A stretch of 64,000 nt of DNA, from NCBI GenBank assembly GCA_964016885.1, contig OZ024744.1:128898001-128962000 (forward strand). Direction: 5' to 3'. Of the stretch, positions 1-10,690 are shown piece by piece. Under the pieces are notes generated by a model, which was not told where the DNA came from, did not search any database, and was given only the letters and a program-made list of their open reading frames with translations. Position numbers and translations under genes: made by a program. This stretch comes from Eledone cirrhosa (Eukaryota). The stretch's first letter is position 1, and the number at the start of each line of letters is the position of its first letter.

Positions 1-1130
1 TTGCAAATTAAATTTTTTTCGAAAAACCTAAAAAAATCAGTTTTCGAAATCAGAAGTTAATATTTCGAAAAACGCAATTTGAAAAACTCATATTAATTTT
101 TTTTCGAATGAAGTTTTTTTATGCTTTTAGAAATATTTATATCTGATTTCAAATATTGATTTTTTTTAGGTTTTTCGAAAAAGAATGAATTTGAGTTCAT
201 AGTCGAAATACATATTTCTGCATTGATCTTTGATCTTTTGTATGTTTTGAAATTTAAAAAAAACGTAAAAAATTAATGCTTTTACAAATATTTTGAAATA
301 TTTACTTTCTGGTTTCAAAGTTTGCAAATTAAATTTTTTTCGAAAAACCTAAAAAAATCAGTTTTCGAAATCAGAAGTTAATATTTCGAAAAACGCAATT
401 TGAAAAACTCATATTAATTTTTTTTCGAATGAAGTTTTTTTATGCTTTTAGAAATATTTATATCTGATTTCAAATATTGATTTTTTTAGGTTTTTCGAAA
501 AATCTTATATAATCAATTTTTTTTAGGTTTTTCGAAAAAGAATGAATTTGAGTTCATAGTCGAAATATATACTTCTGCATTAATCTTTGATTTTTTGCAT
601 GTTTTGAAATTTAAAAAAAACGTAAAAAATTAATATTTCGAAAAACGCAATTTGAAAAACTCATATTAATTTTTTTTCGAATGAATTCTTTTATACTTTT
701 AGAAATATTTATATCTGATTTTAAATATTGATTTTTTTAGGTTTACCTTATATAATCAAATTTTTTTAGGTTGTTCGAAAAATCTTATATAATCAAATCT
801 TTTTAGGTTTTTCGAAAAAGAATTTGAGTTCATAGTCGAAATATATACTTCTGCATTAATCTTTTTACGTTTTTCTGATTTTTTGCATGTTTTGAAATTT
901 AAAAAAAACGTAAAAAATTAATGCTTTTACAAATATTTTGAAATATTTACTTTCTGGTTTCAAATTTTGCAAATTAAATTTTTTTCGAAAAACCTAAAAA
1001 AATCAGTTTTCGAAATCAGAAGTTAATATTTCGAAAAACGCAATTTAAAAAACTCATATTAATTTTTTTTCGAATGAATTCTTTTAGAAATATTTATATC
1101 TGATTTCAAATATTGATTTTTTTAGGTTTA
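1..1130. repeat. AT-rich satellite, ~321-bp unit, partly rearranged (putative subtelomeric or telomere-associated sequence); open at the left edge
   Basis: TTGCAAATTAAATTTTTTTCGAAAAACCTAAAAAAATCAG... starts at 1, 322 and 967. Bases 1-180 and 322-500 are nearly identical. Bases ~500-960 consist of shuffled pieces of the same unit (GAATTTGAGTTCATAGTCGAAAT at ~187, ~545, ~820) plus the first copies of the 37-mer. Confidence 0.85.
13..182. repeat. Long imperfect inverted repeat (foldback) within the 321-bp unit; repeated at ~334-502 and partly at ~979-1128
   Basis: TTTTTCGAAAAACCTAAAAAAATCA (15-39) is the reverse complement of TGATTTTTTTTAGGTTTTTCGAAAAA (157-182) apart from one extra T. GAAATCAGA (46-54) pairs with TCTGATTTC (142-150). 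AATATTTCGAAAA (59-71) pairs with TTTTAGAAATATT (125-137) with one mismatch. Confidence 0.85.
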
Positions 1131-1713
1131 CCTTATATAATCAAATTTTTTTAGGTTTTTCAAAAACCTTATATAATCAATTTTTTTTAGGTTTTTCGAA
1201 AAACCTTACATAATCAATTTTTTTTAGGTTTTTTCGAAAATCCTTATATAATCAATTTTTTACGTTTTTAGAAAAACCTTATATAATCAATTTTTTTTAT
1301 ACTTTTAGAAATATTTATATCTAATTTCAAATATTGATTTTTTTTAGATTTTTCGAAATACCTTATATAATCAATTTTTCTAGGTGTTTCGAAAAACATT
1401 ATATAATCAATTTTTTTTAGGTTTTTCGAAAGACCTTATATAATCAATTTTTTTTAGGTTTTTCGGAAAACCTTATATAATCAATTTTTTTTATACTTTT
1501 AGAAATATTTATATCTAATTTCAAATATTGATTTTTTTTAGATTTTTCGAAATACCTTATATAATCAATTTTTCTAGGTGTTTCGAAAAACCTTATATAA
1601 TCAATTTTTTTTAGGTTTTTCGAAAGACCTTATATAATCAATTTTTTTTAGGTTTTTCGAAAAACCTTATATAATCAATTTTTTTAGGTTTTTCGACAAC
1701 CTTATATAATCAA
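1131..1713 (+). repeat. ~37-bp AT-rich minisatellite, consensus CCTTATATAATCAATTTTTTTTAGGTTTTTCGAAAAA
   Basis: Unit starts at about 1131, 1167, 1204, 1242, 1277, 1361, 1397, 1434, 1471, 1555, 1591, 1628, 1665 and 1700. Spacing is 35-38 bp, except for two 84-bp intervals that carry a fragment of the 321-bp satellite. Confidence 0.92.
1277..1664 (+). repeat. 194-bp tandem duplication (higher-order repeat) within the 37-bp minisatellite
   Basis: Diagnostic variants (TACTTTTAGAAATATTTATATCTAATTTC insert, TAGATTTTTCGAAATACC, TTCTAGGTGTTTCG, GAAAGACC) each recur 194 bp apart: 1277/1471, 1361/1555, 1397/1591, 1434/1628. Confidence 0.9.
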
Positions 1714-4700
1714 GTTGAGTTTAAGTTAAGTTGGGATTAAGTTAAGTTGGGGTTAAGTTAAGATGGGGTTAAGTTATGTTGTGGTTAAGTTAAGTTGGGG
1801 TTAAATTAAGTTGGGGTTAAGTTAAGTTGGGGTTAAGTTAAGTTGGGGTTAAGTTAAGTTGGGGCTAAGTTAAGTTGGGGCTAAGTTAAGTTGGGGCTAA
1901 GTTAAGTTGGGGTTAAGTTAACTTTGGGTTAAGTTAAGTTGGGTTTGAGTTAAGTTGGGGTTAATTAAGTTGGGGTTAAGTTAAGTTGGGGTTAAGTTAA
2001 GTTGGGGTTAAGTTAAGTTGGGGTTAAGTTAAGTTGATGTTAAGTTAAGTTGGGGTTAATTTAAGTTGGGGTTAAGTTAAGTTGGGGCTAAGTTAAGTTG
2101 GAGCTAAGTTAAGTTGGGGCTAAGTTAAGTTGGGGTTAAGTTAAGTTGGGGTTAAGTTAAGTTGGGGTTAATTTAAATTGGGGTTAATTTAAATTTGTTG
2201 TTAAGTTAAGTTGGGGTTAATTTAAGTTGGGGTTAAGTTAAGTTGGGGTTGAGTTAAGTTGGGGTTGAGTGAAGTTGGGGTTAAGTTAAGTTGGGGTTAA
2301 GTTAAGTTGGGGTTGAGTTAAGTTGGGGTTAATTTAAGTTGGGGCTAAGTTCATTTGGGGTTCAGTTAAGTTGGGGTTAAATTAAGTTGGGGTTAAGTTA
2401 AGTTGGGGTTAAATTAAGTTGGGGTTAAGTTAAGTTGGGGTTAAGTTAAGTTGGGGTTAAGTTAATTTGGGGTTAAGTGAAGTTAGGGTTAAGTTAAGTT
2501 GGGGTTGAGTTAAGTTGGGGGTAAGTTAAGTTGGGGTTATGTTAAGTTGGGGTTACGTTAAGTTGGGTTTAAGTTAAGTTGGGGTTAAGTTAAGTTGGGG
2601 TTAAGTTAAGTTGGGGTTAATTTAAGTTGGGGTTAAGTTAAGTTGGGATTAATTTAAGTTGGGGTTAAGTTAAGTTGGGGTTAAGTTAAGTTGGGGTTAA
2701 GTTAATTTGGGGTTAAGTTAAGTTAGGGTAAAGTTAAGTTGGGGTTGAGTTAAGTTGGGGTAAGTTAAGTTGGGGTTAAGTTAAGTTGGGGTTAAGTTAA
2801 GTTGGGGTTAAGTTAAGTTAGGCTTAACTTAAGTTGGGGTTAAGTTAAGTTGGGGGTGAGTTAAGTTGGGGGTAAGTTAAGTTGGGGTTAAGTTAAGTTG
2901 GGGTTAAGTTGGGGTTAAGTTAAGTTAGGGTTAAGTTAATTTGGGGTTGAGTTAAGTTGGGGTTAAGTTAAGTGGTGGTTATGTTAAGTTGGGGTTAAGT
3001 TAAGTTGGGGTTAATTTAAATTGGGGTTAATTTAAATTTGTTGTTAAGTTAAGTTGGGGTTAATTTAAGTTGGGGTTAAGTTAAGTTGGGGTTGAGTTAA
3101 GTTGGGGTTAATTTAAGTTGGGGCTAAGTTAATTTGGGGTTAAGTTAAGTTGGGGTTAAATTAAGTTGGGGTTAAGTTAAGTTGGGGTTGAGTTAAGTTG
3201 GGGTTAATTTAAGTTGGGGCTAAGTTAATTTGGGGTTAAGTTAAGTTGGGGTTAAATTAAGTTGGGGTTAAGTTAAGTTGGGGTTAAGTTAAGTTGGGGT
3301 TAAGTTAATTTGGGGTTAAGTGAAGTTAGGGTTAAGTTAAGTTGGGGCTGAGTTAAGTTGGGGGTAAGTTAAGTTGGGGTTGAGTTAAGTTGGGGTTAAT
3401 TTAAGTTGGGGCTAAGTTAATTTGGGGTTAAGTTAAGTTGGGGTTAAATTAAGTTGGGGTTAAGTTAAGTTGGGGTTAAGTTAAGTTGGGGTTAAGTTAA
3501 TTTGGGGTTAAGTGAAGTTGGGGTTAAGTTAAGTTGGGGTTAAGTTAAGTTGTGGTTGAGTGAAGTTGGGGTTAAGTTAAGTTGGGGTTAAATTAAGTTG
3601 GTGTTAAGTTAAGTTGGGGTTGAGTTAAGTTGGGGTTAATTTAAGTTGGGGCTAAGTTAATTTGGGGTTAAGTTAAGTTGGGGTTAAATTAAGTTGGGGT
3701 TAAGTTAAGTTGGGGTTAAGTTAAGTTGGGGTTAAGTTAATTTGGGGTTAAGTGAAGTTAGGGTTAAGTTAAGTTGGGGCTGAGTTAAGTTGGGGGTAAG
3801 TTAAGTTGGGGTTATGTTAAGTTGGGGTTAAGTTAAGTTGGGGTTAAGTTAAGTTGGGGTTCAGTTAAGTTGCGGTTAAGTTAAGTTGGGGTTAAGTTAA
3901 GTTGGGGTTAAGTTAAGTTGGGGTTAATTTAAGTTGGGGTTAAGTTAAGTTGGGGTTAAGTTAATTTGTGGTTAAGTTAAGTTGGGGTTAAGTTAAGTTG
4001 GGGTTAAATTCAGTCGGGGTTAAGTTAAGTCGGGGTTAAGTTACGTTGGGGTTAAGTTAAGTTGGGGTTAAGTTAAGTTGGGGTTGAGTTAAGTTGGGGT
4101 TAAGTTAAGTTGGGGTTAAGTTAAGTTGGGGTTAAGTTAAGTTGGGGTTAAGTTAAGTTGGGGTTAATTTAAGTTGGGGTTAAGTTAAGTTGGGGTTAAT
4201 TTAAGTTGGGGTTAATTTAAGTTGGGGTTAAGTTAAGTTGGGGTTAAGTTAAGTTGGGGTAACGTTAAGTTGGGGGTAAGTTAAGTTGGGGTTAAGTTAA
4301 GTTGGGGTTAAGTTGGGGTTAAGTTAAGTTAGGGTTAACTTAAGTTGGGGTTGTGTTAAGTGGTGGTTATGTTAAGTGGTGGTTATGTTAAGTTGGGGTT
4401 AAGTTAAGTTGGGGTTAAGTTAAGTTGGGGTTAAGTTAAGTTGGGGTTAAGTTAATTAGGGTTAAGTTAAGTTGGGTTTAAGTTAAGTTGGGGTTAAGTT
4501 AATTTGTGGTTAAGTTAAGTTGGGGTTAAGTTAAGTTGGGGTTAAGTTAAGTTGGGGATAAGTTAAGTTGGGGATAAGTTAAGTTGGGGTTAATTAAGTT
4601 GGGTTTAAGTTAAGTTGGGGTTAAGTTAAGTCGGGGTTAAGTTAAGTTGGGGTTAAGTTAAGTTGGGGGTAAGATAAGTTGGGGTTAGTTAAGTTGGGGT

Positions 4701-7700
4701 TAAGTAAAGTTGGGGTTCAGTTAAGTTGGGGTTAAGTTAAGTTAGGCTTAACTTAAGTTGGGGTTAAGTTAAGTTGGGGGTGAGTTAAGTTGGGGGTAAG
4801 TTAAGTTGGGGTTAAGTTAAGTTGGGGTTAAGTTGGGGTTAAGTTAATTTAGGGTTAAGTTAAGTTGGGGTTGAGTTAAGTTGGGGTTAAGTTAAGTGGT
4901 GGTTATGTTAAGTTGGGGTTAAGTTAAGTTGGGGTTAATTTAAATTGGGGTTAATTTAACTTTGTGGTTAAGTTAATTTGGGGTTAATTTAAGTTGGGGT
5001 TAAGTTAAGTTGGGGTTAATTTAATTTGTGGTTAAGTTAAGTTGGGGTTAAGTTAAGTTGGCGTTGAGTTAAGCTGGGGTTAAGTTAAGTTGGGGTTAAA
5101 ATAAGTTGGGGTTAAGTTAAGTTGGGGTTGGGTTAAGTTGGGTTTGAGTTAATTTGGGGTTAAGTTAAGTTGGGGTTAACTTAAGTTGGTTTTAATTTAA
5201 GTTGGGGTTAAGTTAAGTTGGGGTTATAATTAAGTTGGGGTTAAGTTAAGTTGGGGGTAAGATAAGTTGGGGTTAGTTAAGTTGCGGTTAAGTTAAGTTG
5301 GGGTTAAGTTAAGTTGGGGTTAAGTTAAGTTGGGGTTAAGTTAAGTTGGGGTTAATTTAAGTTGGGGTTAATTTAAGTTGGGGTAAAGTTAAGTTGGGGG
5401 TAAGTTAAGTTGGGGTTAAGTTAAGTTGGGGTTAAGTTAAATTGGGGTTAAGTTAAGTTGCGGTTAAGTTAAGTTGGGGTTAAGTTAAGTTGGGGTTAAG
5501 TTAATTAGGGTTAAGTTAAGTTGGGGTTAAGTTAAGTTGGGGTTAAGTTAAGTTGGGGTTAAGTTAATTTGTGGTTAAGTTAAGTTGGGGTTAAGTTAAG
5601 TTGGGGTTAAGTTAAGTTGGGGATAAGTTAAGTTGAGGATAAGTTAAGTTGGGGTTAATTAAGTTGGGTTTAAGTTAAGTTGGGGTTAAGTTAAGTTGGG
5701 GTTAAGTTAAGTTGGGGTTAAGTTAAGTTGGTTAGTTAAGTTGAGTTTAAGTTAAGTTGGGGTTAATTTAAGTTGGGGTTAAGTTAAGTTGGGGTTAAGT
5801 TAATTTGGGGTTAAGTTAAGTTGGGGTTCAGTTAAGTTGGGGTTCAGTTAAGTTGGGGTTAAGTTGGGGTAAAATTAAGTTGGGGTTAAGTTAAGTTGCG
5901 GTTAAGTTAAAATGAGGTTAAGTTAAGTTGGGGTTAAGTTAAGTTGGGGTTAAGTTAAGTTGGGGCTAAGTTAAGTTGGGGCTAAGTTAAGTTGGGGCTA
6001 AGTTAAGTTGGGATTAAGTTAACTTTGGGTTAAGTTAAGTTGGGTTTGAGTTAAGTTGGGGTTAATTAAGTTGGGGTTAAGTTAAGTTGGGGTTAAGTTA
6101 AGTTGGGGTTAAGTTAAGTTGGGGTTAAGTTAAGTTGATGTTAAGTTAAGTTGGGGTTAATTTAAGTTGGGTTTAAGTTAAGTTGGGGCTAAGTTAAGTT
6201 GGGGTTAAGTTAATTAGGGTTAAGTTAAGTTGGGGTTAAGTTAATTTGGGGTTAAGTTAAGTTGGGGTTAAGTTAATTTGTGGTTAAGTTAAGTTGGGGT
6301 TAAGTTAAGTTGGGGTTAAGTTAAGTTGGGGATAAGTTAAGTTGAGGATAAGTTAAGTTGGGGTTAATTAAGTTGGGTTTAAGTTAAGTTGGGGTTAAGT
6401 TAAGTTAGGGTTAAGTTAAGTTGGGGTTAAGTTAAGTTGGTTAGTTAAGTTGAGTTTAAGTTAAGTTGGGGTTAATTTAAGTTGGGGTTAAGTTAAGTTG
6501 GGGTTAAGTTAATTTGGGGTTAAGTTAAGTTGGGGTTCAGTTAAGTTGGGGTTAAGTTAAGTTGGGGTTAAGTTGGGGTAAAATTAAGTTGGGGTTAAGT
6601 TAAGTTGCGGTTAAGTTAAAATGAGGTTAAGTTAAGTTGGGGTTAAGTTAAGTTGGGGTTAAGTTAAGTTGGGGCTAAGTTAAGTTGGGGCTAAGTTAAG
6701 TTGGGGCTAAGTTAAGTTGGGGTTAAGTTAACTTTGGGTTAAGTTAGGTTGGGTTTGAGTTAAGTTGGTGTTAATTAAGTTGGGGTTAAGTTAAGTTGGG
6801 GTTAAGTTAAGTTGGGGTTAAGTTAAGTTGGGGTTAAGTTAAGTTGATGTTAAGTTAAGTTGGGGTTAATTTAAGTTGGGGTTAAGTTAAGTTGGGGCTA
6901 AGTTAAGTTGGAGCTAAGTTAAGTTGGGGCTAAGTTAAGTTGGGGTTAAGTTAAGTTGGGGTTAAGTTAAGGTGGGGTTAAGTTAAGTTGGGGTCAACTT
7001 AAGTTGGGGTTAAGTTAAGTTGGGGTTAACTTAAGTTGGGGTTAAGTTAAGTTGGGGTTAAGTTAAGTTGGGGTTAAGTTAAGTTGGGGTTACGTTAAGT
7101 TGGGGGTAAGTTAAGTTGGTGGTAAGTTAAGTTGGGGGTAAGTTAAGATGGGGTTAAGTTAGGGTTAAGTTAAGTTAGGGTTAAGTTAATTTGGGGTTGA
7201 GTTAAGTTGGCGTTAAGTTAAGTGGTGGTTATGTTAAGTTGGGGTTAAGTTAAGTTGGGGTTAATTTAAATTGGGGTTAATTTAAATTTGTTGTTAAGTT
7301 AAGTTGGGGTTAATTTAAGTTGGGGTTAAGTTAAGTTGGGGTTGAGTTAAGTTGGGGTTGAGTGAAGTTGGGGTTAAGTTAAGTTGGGGTTAAGTTAAGT
7401 TGGGGTTGAGTTAAGTTGGGGTTAATTTAAGTTGGGGCTAAGTTCATTTGGGGTTCAGTTAAGTTGGGGTTAAATTAAGTTGGGGTTAAGTTAAGTTGGG
7501 GTTAAATTAAGTTGGGGTTAAGTTAAGTTGGGGTTAAGTTAAGTTGGGGTTAAGTTAATTTGGGGTTAAGTGAAGTTAGGGTTAAGTTAAGTTGGGGTTG
7601 AGTTAAGTTGGGGGTAAGTTAAGTTGGGGTTATGTTAAGTTGGGGTTACGTTAAGTTGGGTTTAAGTTAAGTTGGGGTTAAGTTAAGTTGGGGTTAAGTT

Positions 7701-8340
7701 AAGTTGGGGTTAATTTAAGTTGGGGTTAAGTTAAGTTGGGATTAATTTAAGTTGGGGTTAAGTTAAGTTGGGGTTAAGTTAAGTTGGGGTTAAATTAAGT
7801 TGGGGTTAAGTTAAGTTGGGGTTAAGTTAAGTTGGGGTTAAGTTAATTTGGGGTTAAGTTAAGTTAGGGTAAAGTTAAGTTGGGGTTGAGTTAAGTTGGG
7901 GTAAGTTAAGTTGGGGTTAAGTTAAGTTGGGGTTAAGTTAAGTTGGGGTTAAGTTAAGTTAGGCTTAACTTAAGTTGGGGTTAAGTTAAGTTGGGGGTGA
8001 GTTAAGTTGGGGGTAAGTTAAGTTGGGGTTAAGTTAAGTTGGGGTTAAGTTGGGGTTAAGTTAAGTTAGGGTTAAGTTAATTTGGGGTTGAGTTAAGTTG
8101 GGGTTAAGTTAAGTGGTGGTTATGTTAAGTTGGGGTTAAGTTAAGTTGGGGTTAATTTAAATTGGGGTTAATTTAAATTTGTTGTTAAGTTAAGTTGGGG
8201 TTAATTTAAGTTGGGGTTAAGTTAAGTTGGGGTTGAGTTAAGTTGTGGTTGAGTGAAGTTGGGGTTAAGTTAAGTTGGGGTTAAATTAAGTTGGGGTTAA
8301 GTTAAGTTTGGGTTGAGTTAAGTTGGGGTTAATTTAAGTT

Positions 8341-10690
8341 GGGGCTAAGTTAATTTGGGGTTAAGTTAAGTTGGGGTTAAATTAAGTTGGGGTTAAGTTA
8401 AGTTGGGGTTAAGTTAAGTTGGGGTTAAGTTAATTTGGGGTTAAGTGAAGTTAGGGTTAAGTTAAGTTGGGGCTGAGTTAAGTTGGGGGTAAGTTAAGTT
8501 GGGGTTATGTTAAGTTGGGGTTAAGTTAAGTTGGGGTTAAGTTAAGTTGGGGTTCAGTTAAGTTGCGGTTAAGTTAAGTTGGGGTTAAGTTAAGTTGGGG
8601 TTAAGTTAAGTTGGGGTTAATTTAAGTTGGGGTTAAGTTAAGTTGGGGTTAAGTTAATTTGTGGTTAAGTTAAGTTGGGGTTAAGTTAAGTTGGGGTTAA
8701 ATTCAGTCGGGGTTAAGTTAAGTCGGGGTTAAGTTACGTTGGGGTTAAGTTAAGTTGGGGTTAAGTTAAGTTGGGGTTGAGTTAAGTTGGGGTTAAGTTA
8801 AGTTGGGGTTAAGTTAAGTTGGGGTTAAGTTAAGTTGGGGTTAAGTTAAGTTGGGGTTAATTTAAGTTGGGGTTAAGTTAAGTTGGGGTTAATTTAAGTT
8901 GGGGTTAAGTTAAGTTGGGGTTAAGTTAAGTTGGGGTAACGTTAAGTTGGGGGTAAGTTAAGTTGGGGTTAAGTTAAGTTGGGGTTAAGTTGGGGTTAAG
9001 TTAAGTTAGGGTTAACTTAAGTTGGGGTTGTGTTAAGTGGTGGTTATGTTAAGTGGTGGTTATGTTAAGTTGGGGTTAAGTTAAGTTGGGGTTAAGTTAA
9101 GTTGGGGTTAAGTTAAGTTGGGGTTAAGTTAATTAGGGTTAAGTTAAGTTGGGTTTAAGTTAAGTTGGGGTTAAGTTAATTTGTGGTTAAGTTAAGTTGG
9201 GGTTAAGTTAAGTTGGGGTTAAGTTAAGTTGGGGATAAGTTAAGTTGGGGATAAGTTAAGTTGGGGTTAATTAAGTTGGGTTTAAGTTAAGTTGGGGTTA
9301 AGTTAAGTCGGGGTTAAGTTAAGTTGGGGTTAAGTTAAGTTGGGGGTAAGATAAGTTGGGGTTAGTTAAGTTGCGGTTAAGTTAAGTTGGGGGTAAGTTA
9401 AGTTGGGGTTAAGTTAAGTTGGGGTTAAGTTGGGGTTAAGTTAAGTTAGGTTTAACTTAAGTTGGGGTTGTGTTAAGTGGTGGTTATGTTAAGTGGTGGT
9501 TATGTTAAGTTGGGGTTAAGTTAAGTTGGGGTTAAGTTAAATTGGGGTTAAGTTAAGTTGCGGTTAAGTTAAGTTGGGGTTAAGTTAAGTTGGGGTTAAG
9601 TTAATTAGGGTTAAGTTAAGTTGGGGTTAAGTTAAGTTGGGGTTAATTTAAGTTGGGGCTAAGTTAATTTGGGGTTAAGTTAAGTTGGGGTTAAATTAAG
9701 TTGGGGTTAAGTTAAGTTGGGGTTAAGTTAAGTTGGGGTTAAGTTAATTTGGGGTTAAGTGAAGTTAGGGTTAAGTTAAGTTGGGGCTGAGTTAAGTTGG
9801 GGGTAAGTTAAGTTGGGGTTATGTTAAGTTGGGGTTAAGTTAAGTTGGGGTTAAGTTAAGTTGGGGTTCAGTTAAGTTGCGGTTAAGTTAAGTTGGGGTT
9901 AAGTTAAGTTGGGGTTAAGTTAAGTTGGGGTTAATTTAAGTTGGGGTTAAGTTAAGTTGGGGTTAAGTTAATTTGTGGTTAAGTTAAGTTGGGGTTAAGT
10001 TAAGTTGGGGTTAAATTCAGTCGGGGTTAAGTTAAGTCGGGGTTAAGTTACGTTGGGGTTAAGTTAAGTTGGGGTTAAGTTAAGTTGGGGTTGAGTTAAG
10101 TTGGGGTTAAGTTAAGTTGGGGTTAAGTTAAGTTGGGGTTAAGTTAAGTTGGGGTTAAGTTAAGTTGGGGTTAATTTAAGTTGGGGTTAAGTTAAGTTGG
10201 GGTTAATTTAAGTTGGGGTTAAGTTAAGTTGGGGTTAAGTTAAGTTGGGGTAACGTTAAGTTGGGGGTAAGTTAAGTTGGGGTTAAGTTAAGTTGGGGTT
10301 AAGTTGGGGTTAAGTTAAGTTAGGGTTAACTTAAGTTGGGGTTGTGTTAAGTGGTGGTTATGTTAAGTGGTGGTTATGTTAAGTTGGGGTTAAGTTAAGT
10401 TGGGGTTAAGTTAAGTTGGGGTTAAGTTAAGTTGGGGTTAAGTTAATTAGGGTTAAGTTAAGTTGGGTTTAAGTTAAGTTGGGGTTAAGTTAATTTGTGG
10501 TTAAGTTAAGTTGGGGTTAAGTTAAGTTGGGGTTAAGTTAAGTTGGGGATAAGTTAAGTTGGGGATAAGTTAAGTTGGGGTTAATTAAGTTGGGTTTAAG
10601 TTAAGTTGGGGTTAAGTTAAGTCGGGGTTAAGTTAAGTTGGGGTTAAGTTAAGTTGGGGGTAAGATAAGTTGGGGTTAGTTAAGTTGCGG
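8341..10690 (+). repeat. ~1,314-bp tandem duplication within the 16-mer array
   Basis: GGGGCTAAGTTAATTTGGGG occurs at 8341 and 9655, and AAATTCAGTCGGGG at 8699 and 10013, both with offset 1,314. Downstream variants follow in the same order. Confidence 0.8.

Noticed and set aside
1-1130. Gene, tRNA, promoter or intrinsic terminator in the AT-rich region
   Set aside because: The region is stop-rich, low-complexity repeat DNA. The hairpins and TATA-like words are explained by the satellite structure and base composition.
1131-1713. CRISPR array (37-bp, partly palindromic repeats)
   Set aside because: The repeats are directly adjacent with no unique spacers, and there are no cas genes in the window.
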